64,000 nt of DNA from positions 30,408-94,407 of the forward strand of contig CAYTMJ010000020.1 in the NCBI GenBank assembly GCA_964438895.1, written 5' to 3'. Of this stretch, positions 28,830 to 41,995 are shown in pieces. The stretch's first letter is position 1, and each line of letters opens with the position of its first letter. This stretch comes from an uncultured Syntrophobacterales bacterium. Lineage in GTDB: Bacteria > Desulfobacterota > Binatia > UBA9968 > JAJDTQ01. The position numbers were made by a program, and so were the translations under genes. The notes beneath the pieces were generated by a model. The model saw only the letters and a list, made by a program, of their open reading frames with translations, was not told where the DNA came from and searched no databases.

Positions 28830-31800
28830 ATGCCGGTTCAGGTGGCCAACAATGTGAGACTGCGCCGGGATTTTGGGCGGATCAAAAAGATCATCGATTT
28901 GCCCTATCTCATTGAGATCCAGAAAAACTCCTACGATCTTTTCCTGCAGGAGGGAGCTCCCGAAGACGAGCGGCAGGACGTTGGATTACGGGCGGTGTTC
29001 AAGTCCGTGTTCCCAATCAGGGACTTTAATGACACCGCTTCGCTGGAGTATGTCAGCTATTCGTTGGGAGAGCCCAAGTATGATGTGGACGAGTGCCACG
29101 AAAGGGGCATGAACTTCGCTGCGCCGCTCAAAGTCACGGTCCAGCTTGTACTTTGGGATGTTGATGCTCAGACCGGTTCGCGAAGCATTCGCAACGTCAA
29201 AGAGCAGGAGGTCTATTTCGGTGAGGTGCCGCTGATGACCCGAAACGGTACCTTTATGATCAATGGTACCGAGCGGGTGATTGTGAGTCAGCTCCACCGT
29301 TCGCCTGGTGTGTTCTTCGAACACGACAAGGGGAAGACCCACGCCAGTGGAAAGTTTCTCTACTCGGCCCGGGTCATTCCGTATCGCGGGTCATGGCTTG
29401 ATTTTGAGTTCGACCCGAGAGACATCCTGTTTGTTCGCATTGACCGTAGGCGGAAGTTCCACGTCACCGTGCTTTTGCGCGCCCTGGGGATGCAGCCCGA
29501 AGAGCTACTGAACTATTTTTATAAGACCGATACTGTTGTGTGCGACGTGGAGAAGCCCTTGCTTGAGGTCAAACCCCAACAGCTCTTGGGGCTCAAGGCC
29601 ACTCGCGATGTCCGGGATCCCAAAAGTAATAACCTCATTGTTCGGGAAGGTCGCCGCTTCACGCGCTCGGTGATGCGCCAGATGGAGAGCGCGAACATCA
29701 AGCGGATCCCTATTGCCTGGGAAGACGTTCTAGGTCGGGTGGCTGCGCATGACGTGGTTGATCCGGAAACGAACCAGGTCATCCTTGAGTGTAACGAGGC
29801 CATCACCGAGGAAAAGCTCGACGAAATTCGCGGTAGTCGGATCAAGCAGTTAGACCTCTTCTTTCTAGATGATGCAGACACTGGGCCTTACCTGCGAAAC
29901 ACTCTTATGCAGGATAAGATGCAGTCCTGCGATGACGCGCTGTTAGAAATATATCGGCGTCTACGGCCGGGCGATCCGCCCACCATGGAGACCGCCGCCA
30001 CCTTTTTTAATAACCTTTTCTTCAGCCCCGAACGGTATGACCTGTCGAGGGTCGGGAGGCTGAAGCTCAATCACCGCCTGAAGCTAGATTTACCCCTGGA
30101 GCACGGTGCTCTTCGGAAAGAAGACATTTTAGAGGTTGTGCGTTATCTCATTGAACTGCGAAACGGCAACGGATCCGTGGATGATATCGACCACTTAGGC
30201 AATCGCCGTGTTAGGCCCGTGGGCGAGCTAGTGGAGAATCACTTCCGTGTAGGCCTTGTGCGTATGGAGCGGGCAATCAAGGAGAAGATGAGCCTCCAGG
30301 ATATTGACACTCTCATGCCGCAGGAATTGATTAACCACAAACCGGTTTCGGCGGCGTTGAAGGAGTTTTTCGGGTCGAGTCAGCTCTCCCAGTTTCTAGA
30401 CCAGACTAATCCTTTGTCTGAGATCACCCACAAACGGCGGTTGTCTGCCCTAGGGCCCGGTGGGCTGACTCGCGAGCGAGCGGGCTTTGAAGTACGTGAT
30501 GTGCACCCGACGCACTACGGCCGGGTTTGTCCCATTGAGACACCAGAGGGTCCGAACATTGGCCTTATTGCTTCTTTGTCCACGTATGCGCGGGTCAACG
30601 AATTCGGCTTCATTGAGACCCCCTACCGGGAGGTTGGAGACGGCAGGGTCACGGACCGCATTCGCTACCTGTCGGCGCTGGAAGAGGAAGACCATGTGAT
30701 TGCTCAGGCCAATGCGGCGCTCGACGCTAAGGGCGGGTTCACCCAGGACCTGGTGTCCGCTCGCAAGGCCGGTGAATTCGTAATGGCCCATCCGGACGAT
30801 GTCAACTTCATGGATGTATCACCAAATCAACTGGTGAGCGTTGCGGCTTCGTTGATTCCCTTCCTGGAGAATGATGACGCCAACCGGGCGCTGATGGGCT
30901 CCAACATGCAGCGGCAGGCTGTGCCCTTGCTCCGAACGGAAGCACCCCTCGTCGGTACTGGGATGGAGCGAGTGGTGGCCCGGGATTCCGGTGCCACTGT
31001 AGTAGCCGCTCGTGGGGGTACCGTCGAGAGTGTGGACTCTACCCGAATCGTAATCAAGGCGGAAGAAGCGTCCAGTGCATACGCGGATACTGGCGTGGAC
31101 ATCTACAGTCTCGTCAAGTACCAACGCTCCAACCAGAACACCTGCATTAATCAGCGTCCCATTGCTCGCGTTGGCGATCACGTCAATGAGGGCGATGTGG
31201 TGGCGGACGGGCCCTCAACTGAGATCGGAGAGTTAGCGCTGGGCCGAAATCTGCTCGTCGCGTTGATGCCCTGGGGCGGCTACAACTTTGAGGACTCGAT
31301 TCTGATCAGCGAGCGCGTCGTCAAGGAGGACATTTATACGTCAGTGCACATTGAGGAGTTCGAATGTGTGTCCCGCGATACAAAGTTAGGCCCGGAAGAA
31401 ATCACCCGGGACATTCCCAATGCGGGCGACGAGGCACTCAAGGATCTCGATGAGAGCGGTGTAATTCGCATAGGCGCAGAGGTGAAGCCCGGTGATGTAC
31501 TGGTGGGCAAAATAACCCCCAAGGGTGAGACCCAGCTTTCCCCGGAAGAGAAATTATTACGGGCGATTTTCGGCGAAAAGGCCGGAGAGGTGAGGGATTC
31601 ATCCCTGAAAGTCCCGCCCGGCGTCGAGGGGACTGTCATCAGCGTGAGGATCTTCTCGCGCAAGGGCCTCGATAAGGACGAGCGGGCCAAACAGATCGAA
31701 GACCAAGAAGTGGAACGCCTCAACAAGGACCAGCACGACCAGATCCGTATCGTCCAGGATGGTGCCATGAAGCGTTTGAAGGAGCTTCTAGTCGGTTGCC

Positions 31801-32924
31801 GCGCCGCGTCTCGGATCACCGACGAGAACCGAAAGGTATTGATTTCTAAGGGAGAAGAGTTGACCGAAGAGCTTCTGGACGGCATCCCCTTCTCCTTCCT
31901 CGCGGATCTCAAGCTGGACAATTCAGCGCTAGAGAGCGAGGCGGCGCGCATCGTTGCAAACACGTCCGCGCAGGGGGATTCCCTCAAGGGACGGTTCCAG
32001 GACAAGATACTCCGGTTGACCAGCGGTGATGAATTGCCTCCTGGCATGATCAAGATGGTCAAGGTGTTAGTGGCCATCAAACGCAAGCTCCAGGTTGGCG
32101 ATAAAATGGCGGGGCGGCATGGCAACAAGGGGGTAATCTCCTGCATTCTTCCAGAAGAGGATATGCCCTATCTGGAAGACGGGACGCCAGTGGACATGGT
32201 CCTTAATCCGTTGGGGGTTCCGTCCCGAATGAACGTCGGGCAGATCTTGGAGGCCCATCTAGGTTGGGCTGCCCGTAGTCTAGGCCAGCAGATTCAGGTG
32301 TTGCTCGACCAGGACTCGACGGATGTTAGTGCCCAGTTGAGGGACTTTCTGGGCGAGGGGGAATCGGGAAAGGTCGGCCTCGACCGTTTGCCGGCGGGTG
32401 ACGTGCGACGGTTGGCGGAGAAGTATCGGGAGGGCGTTCACCTGGCTACGCCCGTGTTCGATGGCGCGCGGGAAGACGAGATCTTCAACCTTTTGAAGAA
32501 GGCGGATCTGCCGGTGACGGGGCAGGTCACGTTGTATGATGGGCGTAACGGTGAGCCGTTCGACGAGAAGGTGACCGTGGGTGTCATGTACATGATGAAG
32601 CTGCACCATCTGGTGGACGACAAGATTCACGCGCGTTCTACCGGACCCTACTCGCTGGTGACTCAGCAGCCTCTTGGCGGTAAGGCGCAGTTCGGTGGTC
32701 AGCGTCTGGGTGAGATGGAGGTGTGGGCGCTCGAAGCATATGGAGCGGCCTACACGTTGCAGGAGATGCTGACCGTCAAGTCAGACGACGTGACGGGGCG
32801 TACCCGTATGTACGAGGGAATCTTCAAGGGTGATCATTTTGTTGAGCCGGGTTTACCGGAGTCTTTTAACGTTATGGTCAAGGAGCTACAGAGCCTTTGT
32901 CTCGACCTGGAGTTGGTGGAATAA
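28830..32924 (+). CDS. rpoB: DNA-directed RNA polymerase subunit beta
   Basis: Rif-cluster region [34 protein letters not shown] and the C-terminal [20 protein letters not shown]. The start is ATG 28830. Confidence 0.98.
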   Translation: MPVQVANNVRLRRDFGRIKKIIDLPYLIEIQKNSYDLFLQEGAPEDERQDVGLRAVFKSVFPIRDFNDTASLEYVSYSLGEPKYDVDECHERGMNFAAPLKVTVQLVLWDVDAQTGSRSIRNVKEQEVYFGEVPLMTRNGTFMINGTERVIVSQLHRSPGVFFEHDKGKTHASGKFLYSARVIPYRGSWLDFEFDPRDILFVRIDRRRKFHVTVLLRALGMQPEELLNYFYKTDTVVCDVEKPLLEVKPQQLLGLKATRDVRDPKSNNLIVREGRRFTRSVMRQMESANIKRIPIAWEDVLGRVAAHDVVDPETNQVILECNEAITEEKLDEIRGSRIKQLDLFFLDDADTGPYLRNTLMQDKMQSCDDALLEIYRRLRPGDPPTMETAATFFNNLFFSPERYDLSRVGRLKLNHRLKLDLPLEHGALRKEDILEVVRYLIELRNGNGSVDDIDHLGNRRVRPVGELVENHFRVGLVRMERAIKEKMSLQDIDTLMPQELINHKPVSAALKEFFGSSQLSQFLDQTNPLSEITHKRRLSALGPGGLTRERAGFEVRDVHPTHYGRVCPIETPEGPNIGLIASLSTYARVNEFGFIETPYREVGDGRVTDRIRYLSALEEEDHVIAQANAALDAKGGFTQDLVSARKAGEFVMAHPDDVNFMDVSPNQLVSVAASLIPFLENDDANRALMGSNMQRQAVPLLRTEAPLVGTGMERVVARDSGATVVAARGGTVESVDSTRIVIKAEEASSAYADTGVDIYSLVKYQRSNQNTCINQRPIARVGDHVNEGDVVADGPSTEIGELALGRNLLVALMPWGGYNFEDSILISERVVKEDIYTSVHIEEFECVSRDTKLGPEEITRDIPNAGDEALKDLDESGVIRIGAEVKPGDVLVGKITPKGETQLSPEEKLLRAIFGEKAGEVRDSSLKVPPGVEGTVISVRIFSRKGLDKDERAKQIEDQEVERLNKDQHDQIRIVQDGAMKRLKELLVGCRAASRITDENRKVLISKGEELTEELLDGIPFSFLADLKLDNSALESEAARIVANTSAQGDSLKGRFQDKILRLTSGDELPPGMIKMVKVLVAIKRKLQVGDKMAGRHGNKGVISCILPEEDMPYLEDGTPVDMVLNPLGVPSRMNVGQILEAHLGWAARSLGQQIQVLLDQDSTDVSAQLRDFLGEGESGKVGLDRLPAGDVRRLAEKYREGVHLATPVFDGAREDEIFNLLKKADLPVTGQVTLYDGRNGEPFDEKVTVGVMYMMKLHHLVDDKIHARSTGPYSLVTQQPLGGKAQFGGQRLGEMEVWALEAYGAAYTLQEMLTVKSDDVTGRTRMYEGIFKGDHFVEPGLPESFNVMVKELQSLCLDLELVE

Positions 32925-32933
32925 GGAGGCGGT

Positions 32934-35900
32934 ATGGAAGAGGTATATAGTCTTTTCGAAAAACCTAAGAACCCGCTCAGCTTTCAGGGAATCAAGATCG
33001 GCTTGGCCTCTCCGGACAAGATCCGTTCCTGGTCTCACGGCGAAGTACGCAAGTCAGAGACCATAAACTACAGGACATTCAAACCTGAACGGGACGGCCT
33101 GTTCTGTGCCAAGATATTCGGTCCCACCAAGGACTATGAATGTAACTGCGGCAAGTACAAGAGAATGCGTCATCGGGGCGTTGTGTGTGAGAAGTGCGGT
33201 GTCGAGGTTATCCAGTCTAAAGTTCGCCGTGAGCGCATGGGGCACATCGAGTTGGCCACGCCAGTAGCGCACATCTGGTTCTTGAAGAGCCTCCCGAGCC
33301 GCATCGGGGCATTGTTGGACCTATCGCTCAAGGATTTGGAGAAAGTTCTGTATTTTGAATCCTATGTGGTCCTCGACCCAGGTTCTACCAAGCTGCAGTA
33401 TAAGGAGTTGCTCACTGAGGCACGCTATCGAAAGGCCTTGGAAGAGTACGGCGCCGATTTCAGGGCTCAGATGGGTGCTGAGGCAATTCGCGAACTCCTG
33501 GGCCATATAGAAGTTGACAAACTATCCGAAGAACTCCGGACGGACCTACGTGAGGCCAATTCCGAGGTCAAGAGGAAAAAGTACGCCAAACGTCTGAAGG
33601 TGCTCAACGCTTTTCGAAATTCAAAAAATCGACCGGAATGGATGATTTTGGAGGTAATTCCTATCATACCGCCCGACCTGCGTCCCCTGGTTCCGCTCGA
33701 TGGGGGCCGTTTTGCCACCTCCGACCTCAATGACCTCTACCGTCGGGTAATCAACCGGAATAACCGGCTCAAACGCCTGATGGAGTTAAACGCCCCCGAT
33801 ATCATTGTTCGCAACGAGAAACGGATGTTGCAGGAAGCGGCCGACGCGTTATTTGACAATGGCAGACGTGGTCGAGCTATAACGGGTCCCAACCGGCGGC
33901 CGCTAAAGTCCCTCAGCGATATGCTCAAGGGCAAGACCGGCCGGTTCCGCCAGAATCTGTTGGGCAAGCGAGTGGACTACTCGGGGCGTTCGGTAATCGT
34001 AGTGGGCCCAGAACTTCGGCTTCATCAATGCGGGTTGCCGAAGAAAATGGCCTTGGAGCTATTCAAGCCGTTTATCTATAATAAGCTGGAGGAGCAGGGC
34101 TACGTTACCACCATTAAGAGTGCGAAGAAGGCGGTGGAAATGGAGCGTCCCGAAGTCTGGGACATACTCGACGGCGTAATCAAGGAGCATCCGGTGCTCC
34201 TAAACCGGGCGCCTACACTGCACCGACTGGGAATCCAGGCGTTCGAGCCGGTTTTGATTGAAGGTAAAGCGGTCCAGTTGCATCCGCTGGTGTGCGCCGC
34301 TTACAACGCCGACTTCGACGGCGATCAAATGGCTGTTCATGTTCCATTGTCAGTAGAAGCGCAGGTGGAAGCCCGCGCGCTGATGATGTCCACCAACAAC
34401 ATTCTCTCCCCCGCTAATGGCAAGCCGATCATTGTGCCGTCGCAGGACATCGTCCTGGGCCTCTACTACCTGCCGCGCGAGCGCCCTAACGTGAAGGGTG
34501 CGGGCAAGATTCTGGCGGGTCCGACGGAAGTTCGTATCGCCTACGACCAGGGCGAAGTGGCTCTCCAGGCGCGGATCCGGGTACGCGTTGATGGCGAGAC
34601 GTATGACTCCACTGTGGGGCGGGTGCTGCTGCACGAGATTGTGCCGCCTCAGATCTCGTTTCGGGAAGTAAATCACGTAATGAACAAGAAGGAGTTGGGA
34701 AATCTTATCGATCTCAGTTACCGGCTCGCAGGCAACAAGGCCACTGTTGTTTTCGCGGACCAGCTAAAGGATATGGGCTACAGCTACGCCACAAAGGCAG
34801 GGGCGTCCATTGCCCTCAAGGACATGGTGATTCCGGCTAGCAAGGAACAACTGCTCAAGCAGGCCTACGAAAATGTCCACGAGATTGACGAGCAATACAA
34901 CAACGGCCTTATCACAGACGGTGAGCGGTACAATAAGGTCGTCGACATCTGGGCCGAGGTTACTGACCGGGTATCGGATGAAATGTTGCGTGACCTGGGA
35001 ACCGAAACCGTTACGGACGAACGGGGCCAGACCATGCGGGTTCCCAACTTTAACCCAATATTTATGATGGCCGACTCCGGAGCTCGGGGTAGCGCGCAGC
35101 AGATCCGTCAACTGGCCGGAATGCGTGGCTTGATGGCCAAGCCGTCGGGTGAGATCATTGAAACCCCCATTACCGCTAACTTCCGGGAGGGACTGACAGT
35201 TCTGCAGTACTTCATTTCCACCCATGGCGCTCGTAAGGGGCTCGCGGACACCGCACTTAAGACAGCCAACTCAGGCTATCTAACCCGGCGACTCGTGGAC
35301 GTGGCCCAGGATGCTATCATCACGCAGGACGATTGCGGCACATTGGACGGAATCGAGATGTCGCCCCTGATGGAAGGGGGAGAAATTATCGAACCGCTTG
35401 GCGATCGGGTCCTGGGTCGTGTGGCGCTGCAGGACATCAAGGACCCGTTCAGTGGTGAGGTTCTCGTCAAGACTAACCAGGAGATTGATGAGTCGCTGGT
35501 GCAACGAATCGAAGAAGCCGGCCTGGAGCGTATCTGGATACGTTCAGTTCTCACATGTCAGTCCAAGAGGGGCGTGTGCGTTATGTGCTACGGCCGAGAC
35601 TTAGCCCGGGGTGAGATGGTGAACGCCGGTGAAGCCATTGGCGTCATCGCAGCGCAGTCTATCGGTGAACCGGGCACCCAGCTTACCATGCGGACTTTTC
35701 ACATCGGTGGCACTGCAAGTCGGCGTGCCGAGCAGACCACCTTGGAGCCGCGCACCGACGGTTATGTAAAGCTCATTAATGTCAGCACCGTGGCCAACCG
35801 GGACGGAGAACTGGTGGTCATGAACCGGAACGGCGAGCTAGCCGTAGTTGACTATCCCGAAGGTTCAGACAGGTCGCGGGAGAGGGAACGGGAACGCTAC

Positions 35901-37061
35901 CCACTGGTTTACGGTGCTAAGCTTAAGAAGCAGGACGGAGTCGAAGTCAAGGCGGGAGAATTGTTGGCCGAGTGGGATCCGTACACAATCCCCATTATCA
36001 CTGAAATCACCGGTAGTGTGAAGTTCGGGGATATCGTTGAGGGCACTACAATGGAGGAGAAGGTGGACGAGCGGACTGGCCTGTCTACCAAGGTGATCGT
36101 TGACTTCAAGGACATCGATAGGCGCCCGCGGTTGTCGATCAAGGACGACAGCGGTAAGACCGCAAAGCTTTCGGGCAACAACGAAGCCCGGTATATGCTC
36201 CCGGTGGGTGCCCATATCAATGTGGCGGAGAACCAGGACGTATCGGCGGGCGACGTACTGGCTAAAATACCCCGGGAGACCACTAAGACCAAGGATATCA
36301 CCGGTGGCTTGCCTCGGGTGGCGGAGTTGTTCGAGGCCAGGAAACCCAAGGAGTTTGCCGTTATTAGCGAGATAGACGGCGTTATTTCGTTCGGTCGTGA
36401 TACGAAGGGGAAGCGTAAGGTGTTGGTGACCCCTGACGTTGGGGAGCCCCGTGAATACCTCATTTCCAAAGGAAAACACATTAGTGTGCACGAAGGCGAT
36501 CGGGTCCGTGCTGGCGAGTCGCTCATGCAGGGCTCGTCCAATCCTCATGACATACTCGGTATTCTAGGGGAGAAGGCGTTAGCCAAATACCTGGTGGACG
36601 AGATTCAGGAAATCTATCGATTACAGGGTGTTCGGATTAACGATAAGCACATTGAGGTCATCGTCAAGCAGATGTTGAGGCGGGTACGCATCAAGGAGAG
36701 CGGCGATAGTGACTTCCTGATGGGCGATCAGGTGGAAAAATGGCGGTTTGGGGAGGAGAATCAGCGAATCCTGGGCGAAGGAGGCAAGCCAGCGGTGGCG
36801 GAGCCCCTCTTGCTTGGGATTACTAAGGCTTCTTTGTCTACCGGAAGCTTCATTTCTGCCGCTTCATTCCAGGAAACTACGAAGGTACTTACGGAAGCAG
36901 CGATCAATGGTAGGCTTGACCCACTCAGTGGATTGAAGGAAAATGTCATAATGGGGAAGCTCATCCCTGCGGGGACGGGCTTGACCGAATACAAAGTTGT
37001 GGATGTTGATTGCGACGAGCAGCTTGGGGAGATTGACGTCTCCGAGGTGGAGGTCGCCTGA
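32934..37061 (+). CDS. rpoC: DNA-directed RNA polymerase subunit beta'
   Basis: Zn-binding [20 protein letters not shown] and catalytic [12 protein letters not shown]. Confidence 0.98.
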   Translation: MEEVYSLFEKPKNPLSFQGIKIGLASPDKIRSWSHGEVRKSETINYRTFKPERDGLFCAKIFGPTKDYECNCGKYKRMRHRGVVCEKCGVEVIQSKVRRERMGHIELATPVAHIWFLKSLPSRIGALLDLSLKDLEKVLYFESYVVLDPGSTKLQYKELLTEARYRKALEEYGADFRAQMGAEAIRELLGHIEVDKLSEELRTDLREANSEVKRKKYAKRLKVLNAFRNSKNRPEWMILEVIPIIPPDLRPLVPLDGGRFATSDLNDLYRRVINRNNRLKRLMELNAPDIIVRNEKRMLQEAADALFDNGRRGRAITGPNRRPLKSLSDMLKGKTGRFRQNLLGKRVDYSGRSVIVVGPELRLHQCGLPKKMALELFKPFIYNKLEEQGYVTTIKSAKKAVEMERPEVWDILDGVIKEHPVLLNRAPTLHRLGIQAFEPVLIEGKAVQLHPLVCAAYNADFDGDQMAVHVPLSVEAQVEARALMMSTNNILSPANGKPIIVPSQDIVLGLYYLPRERPNVKGAGKILAGPTEVRIAYDQGEVALQARIRVRVDGETYDSTVGRVLLHEIVPPQISFREVNHVMNKKELGNLIDLSYRLAGNKATVVFADQLKDMGYSYATKAGASIALKDMVIPASKEQLLKQAYENVHEIDEQYNNGLITDGERYNKVVDIWAEVTDRVSDEMLRDLGTETVTDERGQTMRVPNFNPIFMMADSGARGSAQQIRQLAGMRGLMAKPSGEIIETPITANFREGLTVLQYFISTHGARKGLADTALKTANSGYLTRRLVDVAQDAIITQDDCGTLDGIEMSPLMEGGEIIEPLGDRVLGRVALQDIKDPFSGEVLVKTNQEIDESLVQRIEEAGLERIWIRSVLTCQSKRGVCVMCYGRDLARGEMVNAGEAIGVIAAQSIGEPGTQLTMRTFHIGGTASRRAEQTTLEPRTDGYVKLINVSTVANRDGELVVMNRNGELAVVDYPEGSDRSRERERERYPLVYGAKLKKQDGVEVKAGELLAEWDPYTIPIITEITGSVKFGDIVEGTTMEEKVDERTGLSTKVIVDFKDIDRRPRLSIKDDSGKTAKLSGNNEARYMLPVGAHINVAENQDVSAGDVLAKIPRETTKTKDITGGLPRVAELFEARKPKEFAVISEIDGVISFGRDTKGKRKVLVTPDVGEPREYLISKGKHISVHEGDRVRAGESLMQGSSNPHDILGILGEKALAKYLVDEIQEIYRLQGVRINDKHIEVIVKQMLRRVRIKESGDSDFLMGDQVEKWRFGEENQRILGEGGKPAVAEPLLLGITKASLSTGSFISAASFQETTKVLTEAAINGRLDPLSGLKENVIMGKLIPAGTGLTEYKVVDVDCDEQLGEIDVSEVEVA

Positions 37062-37064
37062 TGG

Positions 37065-37093
37065 TTGACACTAGGCGGAAGTTACGATAAATT
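37065..37093 (+). promoter_or_regulatory. candidate sigma70 promoter of the str operon (rpsL-rpsG)
   Basis: TTGACA 37065-37070, a 17-nt spacer, then TAAATT 37088-37093. The element ends 27 nt before the rpsL ATG. Confidence 0.55.
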
Positions 37094-37120
37094 CAACGGT
37101 TTGTTGAGAAAGCGGATTTA

Positions 37121-37492
37121 ATGCCTACAATTAATCAATTGGTCCGTAAGGGACGAGTAGTACAACGGCAAAAGAACACCGCTCCTGCTTTGCAGGGCTG
37201 TCCGCAGAAGCGGGGCGTATGTACGCGGGTTTATACCTCAACGCCAAAAAAGCCCAACTCAGCCCTGCGTAAGGTGGCCCGGGTCCGTTTAACCAACGGT
37301 GCAGAGGTAACGTCCTACATACCTGGGATGGGGCACAATCTGCAGGAGCACTCGGTGGTACTGATAAGGGGCGGTAGGGTTAAAGATCTCCCGGGTGTGC
37401 GGTACCACATTATCCGGGGTGCGCTGGACTCCATCGGTGTGAACGAGCGCCGCCAGGGCCGGTCAAAATACGGAGCGAAGAGACCGAAGTAG
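37121..37492 (+). CDS. rpsL: 30S ribosomal protein S12
   Basis: Starts [12 protein letters not shown] and contains [19 protein letters not shown]. Confidence 0.98.
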   Translation: MPTINQLVRKGRVVQRQKNTAPALQGCPQKRGVCTRVYTSTPKKPNSALRKVARVRLTNGAEVTSYIPGMGHNLQEHSVVLIRGGRVKDLPGVRYHIIRGALDSIGVNERRQGRSKYGAKRPK

Positions 37493-37496
37493 CGAT

Positions 37497-37967
37497 ATGC
37501 CACGCAAGGGTGAAATAAAACGGATAGAGTTGCTACCGGATCCTAAGTATGGGGACAAACTGGTCACCAAGTTCATAAATAACATGATGAGTAGCGGCAA
37601 GAAGAGCATCGCTGAGGGTATTCTGTATCGTTCGTTGGATATTATCGCGGCTGAGACCAAGACTGAGCCTCTTGGCGTCTTCAAGCGCGCTGTTGACAAC
37701 ACTAAGCCGACGGTGGAGGTTCGTTCGCGGCGCGTCGGCGGCGCCACGTATCAGGTGCCGGTTGAGGTCCGTCCGGACCGGCGGCTTTCCCTGAGTCTTC
37801 GCTGGCTAATCAGTTCGGCTAGGGCCAGAAGTGAGAAGTCGATGGACCAGAAACTTGCTGGGGAATTGATGGACGCCGCCAACCAGCGCGGTAACGCCAT
37901 CAAGAAGAAGGAAGATACGCACAGAATGGCCGAGGCGAACCGCGCTTTTGCCCATTACCGCTGGTAG
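37497..37967 (+). CDS. rpsG: 30S ribosomal protein S7
   Basis: Starts [18 protein letters not shown] and contains [19 protein letters not shown]. Confidence 0.98.
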   Translation: MPRKGEIKRIELLPDPKYGDKLVTKFINNMMSSGKKSIAEGILYRSLDIIAAETKTEPLGVFKRAVDNTKPTVEVRSRRVGGATYQVPVEVRPDRRLSLSLRWLISSARARSEKSMDQKLAGELMDAANQRGNAIKKKEDTHRMAEANRAFAHYRW

Positions 37968-37993
37968 TTGCCAGGTCAATCACCATCCGATTT

Positions 37994-38022
37994 AGGAGGC
38001 GGTAGAACCGCCTCCTTTTTTT
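37994..38022 (+). terminator. Rho-independent terminator-like hairpin between rpsG and fusA
   Basis: A perfect 9-bp stem AGGAGGCGG (37994-38002) / CCGCCTCCT (38008-38016) with the loop TAGAA. It is followed directly by six further T residues (38017-38022). Confidence 0.75.
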
Positions 38023-38049
38023 GCCGTCATACGGAGACGACTGCGAGCA

Positions 38050-40140
38050 ATGAGCAGACAGATTCCACTCGACCGGACCCGCAACATTGGCATCATGGCC
38101 CACATTGATGCTGGTAAGACGACCACGACGGAGCGTGTGTTGTTCTACACGGGGATCAACTACAAGTTAGGTGAGGTGCATGACGGCACCGCTACGATGG
38201 ACTGGATGGTTCAGGAGCAGGAGAGGGGGATCACCATCACCTCGGCGGCGACAACGTGCCATTGGCGGGACCACCGGATCAACATAATCGACACTCCGGG
38301 CCATGTGGACTTCACTATCGAGGTGGAGAGGTCGCTTCGGGTGTTGGACGGTGTTGTCGGGGTGTTCTGTTCCGTCGGTGGTGTGGAGCCCCAGACCGAG
38401 ACGGTTTGGCGACAGGCAGACAAGTATGGTGTACCGAGAATAGCTTATATCAACAAGATGGATCGCGTGGGCGCCGACTTTTTCCGCGTGGTTAAGATGA
38501 TACAGGATCGTTTGGGGGCCCGTCCTCTCGTTATTCAACTCCCGGTGGGCTCTGAAGACCACTTTCAGGGGGTGGTGGATCTGGTGCGGATGAAGGCAAT
38601 TCTGTGGGACAACGAAGATCTTGGGGCTAACTTTCGGGAGGCATCAATCCCGGCTGACCTACAGGGACAGGCGGGGGAATATCGAGAGATCATGCTGGAG
38701 ACGCTAGCGGATTGCGACGACGCTATCATGGCCGCGTACCTTCAGGGTGACGATATCTCCAGCGACCGCTTGATCGAGGCAATTCGGGTCGCCGGACTGA
38801 AGCTTCAACTCGTCCCGGTACTTTGTGGCGCCGCGTTTCGGAATAAGGGCGTGCAACCGTTGTTGGACGCGGTGGTTGACTACCTCCCGTCACCACTGGA
38901 TGTTCCGCCCATTCACGGTAGGGATCCCATCATTGAAGAGGAGGCGGTTCGCCCCACTTCGGATGAGGCGCCGTTCTCGGCGCTGGCGTTTAAGATTATG
39001 GCCGATCCATTCGTTGGGTCGTTGACCTTCTTCCGTGTGTATTCCGGCATGCGTAAGTCTGGAGCATTTGTTTACAATGCTTCCACGGGGCGCCGGGAGC
39101 GTCTTGGCCGGATACTCAAGATGCACGCCAACAAGCGGGAGGAGATCGACGAGGTTTATGCTGGGGACATTGCTGCCGCTGTTGGGCTGCGCAGTGCCAA
39201 GACCGGCGACACCCTCTGTGACGAAGACAACCCCATCTTGTTAGAGTCCATCGACTTCCCCGAGCCCGTCATTGCCATTGCCATTGAGCCTAAGTCCCGC
39301 GACGATCAGGAAAAACTCGGTACGTCCCTGCAGAAGCTCGCTAAAGAGGATCCGTCGTTCCGTGTCACCGTCGATCAGGAAACAGGCCAGACGTTGATCT
39401 CCGGTATGGGCGAGCTTCATCTTGAGGTAATTGTCGACAGGTTGCTTCGAGAGTTCAAGGTGGATGCCAGCGTGGGCAAGCCGCAGGTGGCGTACAAAGA
39501 GACCATACGCCGAACGGTGGAGCGGGAGGGTAGGTTTGTCAGACAGTCGGGTGGCCGTGGACAGTACGGCCATGTATACCTGCGCTTAGAGCCGCAGGCT
39601 ACTGGATGCGGGTTCGAATTCGTCAACGCTATCAAGGGAGGCGTGATACCGCAGGAATATGTCCCGGCGGTGGAAAACGGTGTCGTTCAGGCCATGACCA
39701 ATGGCGGGTTGGTGGGATATCCGGTAGTGGATGTCAAGGTCACACTGCTGGATGGTAGCTACCATCAGGTGGACTCCTCGGAGATGGCGTTCACCATTGC
39801 GGCTTCGATGGCGTTCAAGGAAGCGCTGGGAAAGGCCTCTCCAGTGTTGCTGGAGCCCGTGATGGATGTCGAGGTGGTGGTGCCGGAGGAGTTTATGGGC
39901 GATGTGATCGGAGACATTAGTTCCCGGCGGGGTAAGGTCCTGGGCATGAACACCAAAGGTAGCGCACAGGTCGTGGACTCCCGCGTTCCCCTGTCACTGA
40001 TGTTTGGGTATGCGACCGATCTGAGGTCGAGAACACAAGGACGGGCGACTTATACAATGCAGTTTTCGCGCTACGAGGAAGTGCCGGACGCGGTGACCGA
40101 AGGTATGGTGGGCCGTGATTCGATAGGGGTGAGGGTGTGA
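38050..40140 (+). CDS. fusA: elongation factor G
   Basis: Contains [25 protein letters not shown] and NKMD. 696 aa, collinear with EF-G. Confidence 0.98.
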   Translation: MSRQIPLDRTRNIGIMAHIDAGKTTTTERVLFYTGINYKLGEVHDGTATMDWMVQEQERGITITSAATTCHWRDHRINIIDTPGHVDFTIEVERSLRVLDGVVGVFCSVGGVEPQTETVWRQADKYGVPRIAYINKMDRVGADFFRVVKMIQDRLGARPLVIQLPVGSEDHFQGVVDLVRMKAILWDNEDLGANFREASIPADLQGQAGEYREIMLETLADCDDAIMAAYLQGDDISSDRLIEAIRVAGLKLQLVPVLCGAAFRNKGVQPLLDAVVDYLPSPLDVPPIHGRDPIIEEEAVRPTSDEAPFSALAFKIMADPFVGSLTFFRVYSGMRKSGAFVYNASTGRRERLGRILKMHANKREEIDEVYAGDIAAAVGLRSAKTGDTLCDEDNPILLESIDFPEPVIAIAIEPKSRDDQEKLGTSLQKLAKEDPSFRVTVDQETGQTLISGMGELHLEVIVDRLLREFKVDASVGKPQVAYKETIRRTVEREGRFVRQSGGRGQYGHVYLRLEPQATGCGFEFVNAIKGGVIPQEYVPAVENGVVQAMTNGGLVGYPVVDVKVTLLDGSYHQVDSSEMAFTIAASMAFKEALGKASPVLLEPVMDVEVVVPEEFMGDVIGDISSRRGKVLGMNTKGSAQVVDSRVPLSLMFGYATDLRSRTQGRATYTMQFSRYEEVPDAVTEGMVGRDSIGVRV

Positions 40141-40445
40141 ACGAGAAAATTCGTATTCGGCTTAAAGCCTACGATTATCGAGTCCTGGACCAGTCGGTAG
40201 GCGAGATCGTCGAGACTGTAAAGAGGACGGGTGGCCGGGTCGCTGGCCCTATCCCTCTCCCGACACGCATTGAGCGGTTTACCGTGAACCGGTCCCCTCA
40301 TGTGGACAAGAAGTCGCGGGAGCAGTTCGAGATCCGCACTCACAAACGATTGTTGGATATCCTCGAGCCTACCCAGCAGACCATCGATGCGTTGGGAAAG
40401 TTAGATTTAGCAGCCGGCGTGGATGTCGAGATTAAGCTTCAATAG
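40137..40445 (+). CDS. rpsJ: 30S ribosomal protein S10
   Basis: Reads (M)[19 protein letters not shown]. The GTG start overlaps the fusA TGA (GTGA). Confidence 0.97.
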   Translation: MNEKIRIRLKAYDYRVLDQSVGEIVETVKRTGGRVAGPIPLPTRIERFTVNRSPHVDKKSREQFEIRTHKRLLDILEPTQQTIDALGKLDLAAGVDVEIKLQ

Positions 40446-40454
40446 GTTACTGAA

Positions 40455-41087
40455 ATGACGGGTCTTATAGGCAAAAAGATCGGCATGAGTCAGCTCTTCG
40501 ATGACACGGGGAATGTGATCCCGGTGACCGTGGTCGAGGCGGGCCCGTGCGTGGTGGTGCAGAAAAAGGACGAGGCGAGGGACGGGTACAATGCGTTGCA
40601 GTTGGGTTTCGGGACCCAGAAGAACCAGCGCGTAAACCGGCCTCTGCGCGGCCACATGGCCAAGGCGGAGAAGGGCTCGTTCCGCGTGCTTCGCGAGTTC
40701 CGAGTCGATGATATTTCCGGTTACGAGGTGGGCCAGGAACTTACGGTCACGGATTTGGTTAAGCCGGGAGACTTGGTGGATGTGACCGGAACCTCTAAAG
40801 GCAAGGGCTTTGCGGGTGTCATGAAACGTTGGGACTTTGGCGGTGCCTCACGAACTCACGGTACCCACGAATGGTTTCGACACGGTGGCTCCATCGGGAA
40901 CGCGTCCTATCCGGGCAGGGTGTTCAAGGGAAAGAAGATGGCGGGGCATTTAGGCAACGCGCGGGTGTCGATCCAGAACCTTCGGGTTGTCGAGGTTCGC
41001 CCCGAGGAAAATCTGCTGCTGGTAAAAGGATCCATTCCGGGCTCCAATGGCAGGCTTGTCCTAGTCCGCAGGGCGGTCAAGGGGTAA
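40455..41087 (+). CDS. rplC: 50S ribosomal protein L3
   Basis: Starts MTGLIGKKIGMSQLF and contains VTGTSKGKGFAGVMKRW. Confidence 0.97.
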   Translation: MTGLIGKKIGMSQLFDDTGNVIPVTVVEAGPCVVVQKKDEARDGYNALQLGFGTQKNQRVNRPLRGHMAKAEKGSFRVLREFRVDDISGYEVGQELTVTDLVKPGDLVDVTGTSKGKGFAGVMKRWDFGGASRTHGTHEWFRHGGSIGNASYPGRVFKGKKMAGHLGNARVSIQNLRVVEVRPEENLLLVKGSIPGSNGRLVLVRRAVKG

Positions 41088-41090
41088 GGC

Positions 41091-41687
41091 ATGGAATTTC
41101 GCAGGATCGAGCCGGAACTCTCGGAAAGTATTTTCGGAGTTGCTGTGCGCCCTCACTTGTTGCATCAAGCGGTGGTCATGCAACTTAATAACCGGCGCGC
41201 AGGTACCGCCTCCACTAAGACCCGTGGCCGGGTTCGGGGGAGTGGTAAGAAGCCGTGGCGACAGAAGGGCTCGGGAAGGGCTCGTGCCGGCAGCGTGCGC
41301 TCGCCCATCTGGGTCGGAGGGGGAACTACGTTCGGACCCTTGCCTCGGGACTATTCGTACCGAATTCCTAAGAAGGCTCGGCGGCAGGCGGTCCTGTCCG
41401 CGCTTAGCCTCAAGCGTCAGGAAGAGAAACTCGTAGTGGTGGAGCTCGAGTCTGTCTCCGAAATCAAGACTCGTGTTATGGCCGATGCTATAACGGCACT
41501 AGGCGTTGGGAGGTCGCTGTTCGTTATCGCGGATGCCGACGAGAGGATCGAGTTGTCTGCGCGTAATCTTCCCAACGTGAAGGTTTTGCGGGTGGCTGGA
41601 TTGAATGTGTACGATCTGTTGCGTTTCGAATATCTGGTACTGACCGGCGATGCGTTGCGAAAGATAGAAGAGAGGTTTTTGCAATGA
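41091..41687 (+). CDS. rplD: 50S ribosomal protein L4
   Basis: Contains TKTRGRVRGSGKKPWRQKGSGRARAGS. Confidence 0.97.
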   Translation: MEFRRIEPELSESIFGVAVRPHLLHQAVVMQLNNRRAGTASTKTRGRVRGSGKKPWRQKGSGRARAGSVRSPIWVGGGTTFGPLPRDYSYRIPKKARRQAVLSALSLKRQEEKLVVVELESVSEIKTRVMADAITALGVGRSLFVIADADERIELSARNLPNVKVLRVAGLNVYDLLRFEYLVLTGDALRKIEERFLQ

Positions 41688-41974
41688 GGGGGCCTCGGGT
41701 TTCGGTTCTCGCTCCACTGATTTCAGAGAAGGGATCGATGTTGAGCGAGTCGGCTAATCAGGTAATTTTCAAGGTCCGCCCGGACGCCAACAAAATTGAG
41801 ATCCGGAAAGAGGTGGAGACGCTTTTTAAGGTGACGGTCTTGGATGTGCGAACTGCGCGTTACCTGGGTAAGATGCGCCGCGTCGGTAGGAATACCGGAC
41901 GGTTACCGCTGTGGAAGAAGGCTTTCGTCACCCTGAAGCAAGGTGATCGAATCGACTTCTTCGGTGTTGGATAA
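41684..41974 (+). CDS. rplW: 50S ribosomal protein L23
   Basis: Contains VIFKVRPDANKIEIRKEVETLFKVTV. ATGA overlap with rplD. Confidence 0.95.
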   Translation: MRGPRVSVLAPLISEKGSMLSESANQVIFKVRPDANKIEIRKEVETLFKVTVLDVRTARYLGKMRRVGRNTGRLPLWKKAFVTLKQGDRIDFFGVG

Positions 41975-41995
41975 TCTGGATAAGGGTTGTAGGCC

